Part shown: positions 7,388-14,379 of the stretch, piece after piece
Layout of the letters: each line of letters begins with the position of its first letter
Position numbering within the stretch: the first letter of the stretch is position 1
Source: a virus
Lineage: Duplodnaviria; Caudoviricetes
DNA: 28,737 nt
IMG/VR virus record: IMGVR_UViG_3300025018_000448
Coordinates: 1-28,737 of that record
Direction: 5' to 3' (one strand)
Made by a program: the position numbers and the translations under genes
Notes under the pieces: model-generated
Told to the model about the DNA's origin: nothing
Seen by the model: only the letters and a program-made list of their open reading frames with translations
Databases searched by the model: none

Positions 7388-10300
7388 ATGGCTTTACGTC
7401 CAGAAACAGCGCTTTACCACAATGCAGTAGACAACACCTACTTGGATCCGGTTAATTATATCCCGGAGTTGTACTCTAAGAAGGTTTTAAGGAAGAATTA
7501 GAAGTTCCTTTTTAAATCCCTACTGAAGAACGGGGTAAGACCCGAAGGAAGGTAATTCACTCTCATGAGGCGAATATGTTCAATACAAATGATCTAGGCT
7601 ATAAGCTTAGATGTGGAAGTATCAAGAAGCACTCAGAGCAACTTAATAAATATGTTGCTGGCTTTATAGATTCAGATGGGTGTATATCCTTGAAGTATAA
7701 GGAGATGACTACTGGTAGGTATGGGGTGTATGTACAGTTTGCACTCTGCCAATCTGAGAGCAATGATGAGGGGCACGAGCTTCTACTAGCTTTACAAAAG
7801 CATTATAATGTAGGACAAGTATACATAGAGAGAGAGTTCTCTAAATCTGTAGCAGCTAGGTGGGTGGTGTCAGGTAAGGAAGCTGAGAAGTTTCTAAGTG
7901 TAATACACAAGCACCTGCTAGTTAAGTACACACATCTAGGTAATATCTTATGGATAACCAGGGAGTTACGGGGCTATACTATCAGAGATGCTACTGATCT
8001 TAAAGATTACATGAAGTGCTCTAGGGCTTCATCTAGGTGGAAGAGAGAACCTAAGCATATATCAAAAGCCTGGTTAGCTGGTTTCATAGATGGAGATGGG
8101 CACTATAGAGTTCGTATAGGTAGACAACGTAGATACGGGGATGGTTCAGTGGCTACAGTCAACGAGCTTAAACTCTTTCTCGGTACCCAAGAGTCTGATG
8201 TATTTATTTTAAGGCAACTCTGTAAGGACTATAGAGGATCCTTAAGTAAGCGAACTGATGGCTTATGGATGTGGCAGTTAGCCCTGGGAAAGCAGAGTAG
8301 AACTAAGGCTATAGACCTACTAACGTCCCTAAGGAAGTATACTTGTATTACTAAGAAGTACAATGCTATTCTAAGAGCTTTAGCATTCCATGAACAATAC
8401 CACCTGCAGAGACTAAGTGTTGGGGAAGTCGATAAGATTATGCGATAGTCCGATAAGCTTCTATGAGTCTGCTATATTTCAAGATATTTGTAACACTGAC
8501 TTAACCTAATAGGTCACTTGAGGAGAGATCCTCTCGATTAAACTATGTGAATTGCTGGAACCCTGAGATGGGAATCAGCAGCGAAGCTTAGGTGGCGACA
8601 CCTTTGAACGTTCAACGACTAACCCTCGATACTCTTTTCAGAGTGTGTAATAGGGACACGAGCGCATAGCCCCAGAGATGGGTGATGATATAGTCTGATC
8701 TTATGGGAATACAACCATAAGTGCTAGTGTATTAAAAGGCTAGCAATAACGTAATGATGAGGGTGAGATTAAAGGTGCTGGTGCTAAGGTACATATTCGT
8801 AAGACTCCAGAGATCACTGTTAACCCGTACACAATCGGACAGACTCTGACTTATGAGGTACCTGAGAAAGATTCCACTGAGCTTGTAATTGACCAAGCTT
8901 TCTATACTGCCTTCCAGGTTGAAGATGTAGAGAAAGCTCAGGCTGATATCGAGCTTGTTAATATGTTTGCTAAGGATGCTGGAGAGCGAGTAAAGATTGC
9001 TGTCTCCAGAGAGGTACTTGCCTATATGTCCCTGCAGCCAGCTGCAGCTAACCAAGGTAACGTAGCCGGTGCTATCAGTGGTGCTATTAAGCTTGGTGCT
9101 ATTGCCGGTGTTGGTGCCTCTGTTCTTATTGATAGTACTAATGCAGTCAATAAGATCGTAGAACTTAATCAGGCTCTGGATGAACAGAACATCCCAAGTG
9201 AAGGGCGTTGGATTGCACTTCCTGCCTGGTACTGTGCCCTTCTTAAGGTTGGTGACTTGAGAAGATCCGACATTACCGGAGATAGTACTGGTGTGATTCG
9301 TAACGGACTCATTGGTCAAGTTGATCGTACTATGATCTACATGACTAATGGTCTTCATACTGCCACTGACGGTGATGCTGCTACTAGCACCTACGTCCTT
9401 TGTGGTACAAAAGAAGCTTCTAGCTTCGCTGCCCAGATCACTAAGACTGATACGCTGAAGATTCAGAATGCCTTCGGTGAGTCGGATGACTACGAGACTC
9501 TTCTCGCAGCCTAGTGCTCACTTTAAACTACTTTAAATAACGGGGTAAAACCCGAGGCAATGTATATAATTCCTCTTAGGAGCGTAATTAATGATATTCG
9601 ATACTAACACCTTAGGGTACAAGTTAGTTACAGGACAACTAAAGAAACACTCAGAACAACTTAATAAGTATGTAGCCGGTCTTCTGGATACAGATGGCTG
9701 GATAGGTTTTGAGTTCACACAAGGTAAAGCTTACGTTCGTATGGGTCTCCGACAAGCTGCAACAGTTGATGGAGACTTTCAGATGCTAAGAGCTGTACAG
9801 AAGCACTACCAACTAGGTACGATTTCCTACGGTTTCCAAGCAAATGATGTATCCTTCTGTTCCTGGAGACTTAGCACTAAACATGCTAACATGCTCTTCG
9901 GTTTAGTAGGGAAACATATGCGGATTAAACAGTCACACTTTAAGAACATACTAGAGTTTGATACTACGCAGGGAGACTTAAAAGAGTTCTCCAGGCTAAG
10001 TAGAGAAAACACTGGTTGGCTGAAGAGACCTAAGCACTTATCTTACGCGTATGTAGCTGGACTTCTTGATGGTGATGGCTGCTACAGAATCCGTAAGAAG
10101 GAAGGTAAGATTACTACAATGTGTGTTAAGGCAGCTATCAACGAAGAGTTCATACTCTTAAAGCTGCAAGAAGACTTTGGTGGTTCCATCAACGATCATT
10201 CAGAAGGTATGAAGTGCTGGCGTAGAGGCTTAGGTAAAGGGCATAAAGCCTTCTCTATTCCATTCCTTAAGAGCATGAGGAAGTATTCATGCATAGAAGG

Positions 10301-10504
10301 GAAGTACCTAAAGATCAATGAGATGTTAAGATATCTACAAGCCGCAGAGACTAAACAAGTAGAGATCACCCCAGTGGTGATCTAAGTGATAGTCCAACCG
10401 TACTAGCTACGGTTGACTGGCGTTCGCTCTTTGTCTATGGGCGTGCTGTCCCACAGCCTACTGCACTTGCTGCTCTTATCTGCAAGCCTGGTACTGCTGT
10501 GTAA
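7388..10504 (+). CDS. major capsid protein, spliced: join(7388..7494,8458..8501,8757..9482,10416..10504), 321 aa
   Basis: Exons of 107+44+726+89 = 966 nt join in frame: MALRPETALYHNAVDNTYLDPVNYIPELYSKKVLRN|FYESAIFQDICNTDY|EGEIKGAGAKVHIRKTPEIT...KIQNAFGEY|WRSLFVYGRAVPQPTALAALICKPGTAV*. The IPE.YS..FY..NTDYEGEI..G..V.I and FG...R.L.VYG patterns are those I recall from P22-coat-like (HK97-fold) capsids. ORF-track 8963..9514 is part of exon 3. Confidence 0.92.
7495..8457 (+). mobile_element. group I intron 1 (963 nt) in the capsid gene; reduced core, carries a LAGLIDADG gene
   Basis: IGS TAGAAGTTCCTT (7499-7510) is the exact reverse complement of the ligated junction AAGGAA|CTTCTA. P3 7517-7522/8421-8426; P4 CGGG 7531-7534/CCCG 7541-7544; P6 AGG/CCT; J6/7-P7 GCAGAGACTA; P7' TAGTC 8446-8450; terminal G 8457. 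Confidence 0.88.
7576..8448 (+). CDS. intron-encoded two-motif LAGLIDADG homing endonuclease / possible maturase
   Basis: Motifs YVAGFIDSDG and WLAGFIDGDG; lies in L6 of intron 1 with its 3' end overlapping P6'-P7-P3'-P8-P7'. Confidence 0.92.
   Translation: MFNTNDLGYKLRCGSIKKHSEQLNKYVAGFIDSDGCISLKYKEMTTGRYGVYVQFALCQSESNDEGHELLLALQKHYNVGQVYIEREFSKSVAARWVVSGKEAEKFLSVIHKHLLVKYTHLGNILWITRELRGYTIRDATDLKDYMKCSRASSRWKREPKHISKAWLAGFIDGDGHYRVRIGRQRRYGDGSVATVNELKLFLGTQESDVFILRQLCKDYRGSLSKRTDGLWMWQLALGKQSRTKAIDLLTSLRKYTCITKKYNAILRALAFHEQYHLQRLSVGEVDKIMR
8502..8756 (+). ncRNA. group I intron 2 (255 nt), canonical, ORF-less, subgroup IA-like
   Basis: 5' exon ends in U (TGACT) pairing with GGTCA; P2 with GAGA tetraloop; P3 CTATGTG/CGCATAG; P AATTGCTGGAA, Q AATCAGCAG, R GTTCAACGACTA, S GATATAGTCTG; extra helices between P7 and P3'; two P9 hairpins; ends in G 8756; removal restores D-Y-E-G-E-I-K. 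Confidence 0.95.
9483..10415 (+). mobile_element. group I intron 3 (933 nt) in the capsid gene; reduced core, carries a LAGLIDADG gene
   Basis: Exon GTGAGT pairs with GCTCAC (9516-9521; U.G at the splice site); P10 CTAGT/ACTGG; P3 CTACTT/AAGTAG; P4 CGGG/CCCG; P6 GGC/GCC; GCAGAGACTA...TAGTC; P8 AGATCACC/GGTGATCT; P9 AACCGTA/TACGGTT; terminal G 10415. Confidence 0.92.
9591..10385 (+). CDS. intron-encoded two-motif LAGLIDADG homing endonuclease / possible maturase
   Basis: Motifs YVAGLLDTDG and YVAGLLDGDG; clearly paralogous to 7576..8448 (shared LGYKL..G..KKHSEQLNKYVAG and PKH.S.A..AG..DGDG). Confidence 0.92.
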   Translation: MIFDTNTLGYKLVTGQLKKHSEQLNKYVAGLLDTDGWIGFEFTQGKAYVRMGLRQAATVDGDFQMLRAVQKHYQLGTISYGFQANDVSFCSWRLSTKHANMLFGLVGKHMRIKQSHFKNILEFDTTQGDLKEFSRLSRENTGWLKRPKHLSYAYVAGLLDGDGCYRIRKKEGKITTMCVKAAINEEFILLKLQEDFGGSINDHSEGMKCWRRGLGKGHKAFSIPFLKSMRKYSCIEGKYLKINEMLRYLQAAETKQVEITPVVI

Positions 10505-10511
10505 ATAAATT

Positions 10512-10542
10512 CTGGGGGTACTCCTCTGTGGGGTACCCCCAG
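10512..10542. terminator. strong GC-rich hairpin after the capsid stop (terminator or processing/stability stem)
   Basis: CTGGGGGTACTCC-TCTGT-GGGGTACCCCCAG, 13-bp stem; no U-tract on the + strand, A-rich upstream. Confidence 0.55.
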
Positions 10543-10553
10543 TCTCTAGAGAC
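10542..10553. promoter_or_regulatory. GTCTCTAGAGAC palindrome, copy 4
   Basis: Exact; abuts the post-capsid hairpin, upstream of the tRNA cluster. Confidence 0.75.
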
Positions 10554-10570
10554 AGCTTATAGCTAAATCT

Positions 10571-10636
10571 GGGTAGCTAACAGTAGAGCCGCAGGATGTG
10601 GCCACTGTAAGATGATAGTTTAATCTGTTACTACTC
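10571..10636 (+). ncRNA. putative small structured RNA (three-way junction) upstream of the tRNAs
   Basis: Closing stem GGGTAG-c-TAACAG / CTGTTA-CTACTC encloses two hairpins (GCCGCA/TGTGGC and ACTGT/ATAGT); G.U pairs favour the + strand. Confidence 0.45.
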
Positions 10637-10643
10637 TACATAA

Positions 10644-10729
10644 GGATGTCGTGAGCATTGGTAAGCTTCAGCGGGCTGTAACCCCGTAGCCTTCGGGCTG
10701 TCTAGGTTCGAATCCTAGGGCATCCACCA
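10644..10729 (+). tRNA. tRNA-Tyr(GTA)
   Basis: Acceptor GGATGTC/GGCATCC, anticodon arm GCGGG-CTGTAAC-CCCGT, long variable arm AGCC-TTCG-GGCT, T arm CTAGG-TTCGAAT-CCTAG, A73, encoded CCA. Confidence 0.88.
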
Positions 10730-10732
10730 TAA

Positions 10733-10807
10733 GGCACATAAGGATATGTGGAGATCTTCTAGCCTTGTAAGCTAGCTAACAGTGTTCGACTCACTGATGT
10801 GCCTCCA
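10733..10807 (+). tRNA. tRNA with TGT (Thr) anticodon and atypical, Cys-like acceptor stem
   Basis: Acceptor GGCACAT/ATGTGCC, D stem GGAT/ATCT, anticodon arm CTAGC-CTTGTAA-GCTAG, T arm CAGTG-TTCGACT-CACTG, U73, encoded CCA. Confidence 0.82.
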
Positions 10808-10830
10808 TACAAAACAGAGATAGGGGATAC

Positions 10831-10986
10831 ATGAAGACAATTAAGATTAAGAGTACAGGTGTAGTATCTATAGTATCAGAAGACTACTTCAAGGCTTACG
10901 AAGGTGCTGGTTGGTTCATTGAAGTGCTGCCTGAAGCCCCTAAGAAGAGTAATAAGAAGACTACTGAGACTACTAAGGGAGAGTAA
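10831..10986 (+). CDS. small hypothetical protein (51 aa, MKTIKIKSTGVVSIVSEDYFKAYEGAGWFIEVLPEAPKKSNKK...)
   Basis: AGGGG RBS; stop 3 nt before the next gene; below the ORF-track cutoff. Confidence 0.7.
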   Translation: MKTIKIKSTGVVSIVSEDYFKAYEGAGWFIEVLPEAPKKSNKKTTETTKGE

Positions 10987-10989
10987 TAG

Positions 10990-11664
10990 ATGAACTACAT
11001 TGGAATGATTAGGGCTACTAGAGAGATCGTTGGTATGCAAGGAGTAGGCCCTACGACTTCCGTGGGTGCCCAAGGTGTAGAAGCAGTCTTAGCAACAGTA
11101 GTAAAGGATGCGTACCTAGACATACAGAACCTGAGGGAAGAGTTTGATTTCCTTAATGCTAAGAAGAGCTTCCTTACAGAAGTGGCTAAGGATGAGTATA
11201 CTCCCGAGGAGATCTTCCTACCAGACGCTGTTAACCTAAATAAGTATGACCTAAGCTCCTTTAGGCTTACCTCCCCCTCAGGTAAGAAGACTGTTCTTAC
11301 CTACAAAGACAGAGAGGTACTTGAGTCTAGGTACATAAACTCTACAGATAGAAATGAACCTGGTGTATTCTCCATAGACTTCTCAGACAATTCAGTTATC
11401 TTAAAGCCAATACCTAATGGCACGTATACTGTATCCTTTAGATACTGGGAACAACCAGAAATCCTTACAGAGGACGTACAGGTACCTAAACTCCCTACCC
11501 AATTCCACTTACTTATAGTCTATAAGGCTGTAGAGAAAATGGCTATCTATATGAATATTCAGGGGGCTTATGGAGAGTACTCTTATGAGGCTAAGATGAT
11601 GACTAATCAGCTCATGAGAAAGAGCCTTAGGAAGAAAACCTTAAGGGCGAGGGCACTAGCATAA
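10990..11664 (+). CDS. putative head-tail adaptor (tail tubular protein A-like)
   Basis: Position after capsid, 224 aa, 'ILKPIPNGTYTV' and 'PKLPTQFHLLIVYKA' segments typical of podovirus adaptors. Confidence 0.65.
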   Translation: MNYIGMIRATREIVGMQGVGPTTSVGAQGVEAVLATVVKDAYLDIQNLREEFDFLNAKKSFLTEVAKDEYTPEEIFLPDAVNLNKYDLSSFRLTSPSGKKTVLTYKDREVLESRYINSTDRNEPGVFSIDFSDNSVILKPIPNGTYTVSFRYWEQPEILTEDVQVPKLPTQFHLLIVYKAVEKMAIYMNIQGAYGEYSYEAKMMTNQLMRKSLRKKTLRARALA

Positions 11665-13532
11665 TGGCTAAGCAAATAAGCTTTAATAGATACTATACAG
11701 TACCTGTCGCTCTTACGGGTGGTATAAACGAGAACGTAGGTTCCTTAGAGTTACAACCAGGAGAACTTATAGATTGTAGGAACTATATGCTTACCTCAGG
11801 TGGCTATGGTGGCTATATCTCTACCGCAGGTTATGAACGTATAGACGGTACCTATATCCCCTCCCACTTCGAGAGCTACTTACTTACAGTAGATAACTGT
11901 GAGAGGGATGTACTAAAGGATGATGTACTCATAGGTACTCCATCAGGGGCTGTAGCAGTAGCCCTGGGGAACTCTGTCACTGTCTCTGGAGACATCAGCC
12001 TTGGTACTGCGAGATTGGTAATAGAAGCACTAATAGATGTAGGTACTCTACAATCAGGAGATACCTTAGTAAATGGTATAGGAATAGTAGGTACAATAAC
12101 ATATCCAGCAATCCTCTATGGAGGCAATCAGGAGAATCATTTAGCCTTAGAATACGCCAGATCACAGGTATTAGAAGTCCCTGGGGAGGGTGATATACTA
12201 GGGCTACATGTGTTTAAGGGCCTTGTGTATGCCTTTAGGAAGCATGTAGGTCTTGCTACAATTGGCATGTATGTGTCTTTCAACGGGTGGTCAGAGGTAG
12301 ATACTAGTACTGATCCTATCATATATAGTGTAGGTAAGCACAACTTTAAGTTCTCTAATTATAACTTTAACTACTCTTCTGATACTTTTAGTATGTATTG
12401 GGTAGACGGTGTGAATAAGTGTAGGACATATGACGGTAATACAGTAGCCACAATTACTAATACCTCTAAGATAGGGACAGATAACCCAGAGCTTTTAGCT
12501 ACACATAATCAAATGTTATTCCTTACGTACAAGGGCGGGTACTTAATGGGTAATGGAACTCCAGGGTTCCCAGCTGACTGGACAGCACCTGTAGAGTATG
12601 GCCTAGGACACGAGATAACTAACCTGGTAGCCGGTGTAGCATCCTCTCTAATCATACTTCTAGATGAGGGTATACAAGTACTACACGGTACATCCGAGTT
12701 GGACTTTAAGATGGAGGTTTACAGTACTCAAAGTGGGGCCTATCTTAATACCGCACAGAGACTCCTAGGTACAGTCTATATGGTGGATGATAGAGGCCTT
12801 ACGACCCTGGAAGCTGTTGATGCTTACGGTGACTATACAGCTAATAGTATCTCACAGAAGTTTAAGGATAGCCTTTTAGGAAAGGATAGAAGTATACTAA
12901 GAACATCTACATCTAGAGACTTTAACCAATATAGAGTCCATTTCAATGATGGAGAATCTATATATGTATCCTTTGAAGGTAAGGAACTGAAGGGTGCCAC
13001 CATGATAAAGTTTCCAGATCCAGTAGTTACTGTAGCTACAGGAGAGGATGTAGAGGGTGTACCTATAACTGTATTTAGTTCCTATGGCTCTGGCTATGTA
13101 TACTTAATGGACAGTGGTCCTTCCTTTGATGGTGGAGAGATCCTAGCTACCATGAAGACAGCCTTTCATCATTATGGCTCTCCTAGAAGCTATAAGTCCT
13201 TTAAGAGGTTAACTGCTGAGATCAGAGGGGAGGCTGGACAGACGTTCCTTATGAGGGGAAACTTGGACTACCAGGAAAGTGGTACAGCACCTAATATATG
13301 GAATCTTGTAGCAGCTAAGGATACTATATATAGTGAGACATCTATCTGGGGAAGGGCGATATATGGTACATTTGTATGGGGGGCTGGTATAGCGACAAAT
13401 AGGGTTGTAGCCTACCTAGTTGGTGTAGGTACAAATATAGGGTTCAATATAATTTCCTCCGAGAAGTATAGAGGACAACATATAATACAGAATCTAGTAG
13501 TAGACTACGAGCTACTGCAAAGGAGCGTGTAA
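11664..13532 (+). CDS. putative tail nozzle / tail tubular protein B-like
   Basis: 622 aa, beta-rich, N-terminal 'LTGGINE...LQPGELIDCRNY', follows the adaptor with a TAATG overlap. Confidence 0.65.
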   Translation: MAKQISFNRYYTVPVALTGGINENVGSLELQPGELIDCRNYMLTSGGYGGYISTAGYERIDGTYIPSHFESYLLTVDNCERDVLKDDVLIGTPSGAVAVALGNSVTVSGDISLGTARLVIEALIDVGTLQSGDTLVNGIGIVGTITYPAILYGGNQENHLALEYARSQVLEVPGEGDILGLHVFKGLVYAFRKHVGLATIGMYVSFNGWSEVDTSTDPIIYSVGKHNFKFSNYNFNYSSDTFSMYWVDGVNKCRTYDGNTVATITNTSKIGTDNPELLATHNQMLFLTYKGGYLMGNGTPGFPADWTAPVEYGLGHEITNLVAGVASSLIILLDEGIQVLHGTSELDFKMEVYSTQSGAYLNTAQRLLGTVYMVDDRGLTTLEAVDAYGDYTANSISQKFKDSLLGKDRSILRTSTSRDFNQYRVHFNDGESIYVSFEGKELKGATMIKFPDPVVTVATGEDVEGVPITVFSSYGSGYVYLMDSGPSFDGGEILATMKTAFHHYGSPRSYKSFKRLTAEIRGEAGQTFLMRGNLDYQESGTAPNIWNLVAAKDTIYSETSIWGRAIYGTFVWGAGIATNRVVAYLVGVGTNIGFNIISSEKYRGQHIIQNLVVDYELLQRSV

Positions 13533-13533
13533 G

Positions 13534-14055
13534 ATGGCAGTAGATAGGTTCTATACAAAGCCACCATATGCTGTTGATGGGGCTGTAGCATTTGCTATAG
13601 ATGTTAATGGAGTAAACAATGAGACTAATCTAGCCTTCACCTTAGTAGCATCTGAGTTAGACGCCCAGGTAGCAGCAGTAAGTTACTGGACTCTCTTGGC
13701 TCAGGATTGGGCAGAGGAAGCTGAAGATGTAGAGGTTACTGTTGGATCTTATAGTGCTTATCACTGGGCACAGAAGGCCGATGAACTTGGTTCAGTACAA
13801 GTATCTCTAGCAACTGATCAAGTAGCCTTAGCAGCTGATCAAGTAGCTCTAGCCTCTAGGTGGTCTTCTGAGAATGAAGATGTAGCTGTAATACCTGGCT
13901 TCTACAGTGCTAAGCATTGGTCAGCTAAGGCTGAAGCATTTGTATCTGAGCTACCGCCAGGGGCAGTTAATGATACTATAGTATCTCTGGATCATACCTG
14001 GAGTTCACATAAAATAAGTAGAAGTCCTTTCACGTACTTCTTCGCACAGATTTAA
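13534..14055 (+). CDS. putative tail fibre proximal/adaptor protein
   Basis: Two internal repeats (WAEEAEDVEV..GSYSAYHWAQKA / WSSENEDVAV..GFYSAKHWSAKA) and 'TWSSHKI', motifs seen in phage fibre shafts. Confidence 0.55.
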   Translation: MAVDRFYTKPPYAVDGAVAFAIDVNGVNNETNLAFTLVASELDAQVAAVSYWTLLAQDWAEEAEDVEVTVGSYSAYHWAQKADELGSVQVSLATDQVALAADQVALASRWSSENEDVAVIPGFYSAKHWSAKAEAFVSELPPGAVNDTIVSLDHTWSSHKISRSPFTYFFAQI

Positions 14056-14064
14056 GGAGAACAA

Positions 14065-14379
14065 ATGGCATCAGGCATACTAGGCAAAGCAGATCTTGCC
14101 GCAACGACATACACGACAATCTACACAGTGCCTACGGGTGGGTTGACCACGGTTAATATCTCTACCTGTAATAGGAACACACTTGGAGTAAAGATACGAC
14201 TTGCACTGGCAGCAGCTACTGGCACACCGGCTGACTCAGAGTTCATCGAATACGATACAGTTCTCCCAGCAAACGGAGTGATTGAGAGAACAGGCGTTGT
14301 CATAGGCTCGGACGTTAAAATTACAGCATACAGCGACACAGCAGACGTTACCGTTGTTGCTTACGGCATGGAGGGATAG
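14065..14379 (+). CDS. small beta-rich virion protein of the fibre module
   Basis: 104 aa, AAGGAG RBS, abuts the glycine-rich gene. Confidence 0.6.
   Translation: MASGILGKADLAATTYTTIYTVPTGGLTTVNISTCNRNTLGVKIRLALAAATGTPADSEFIEYDTVLPANGVIERTGVVIGSDVKITAYSDTADVTVVAYGMEG

Noticed and set aside
8963-9514. 183-aa ORF as a stand-alone gene or capsid pseudogene
   Set aside because: It is the distal part of exon 3 plus 10 read-through codons; the frame is open from 8759 and joins the other exons.
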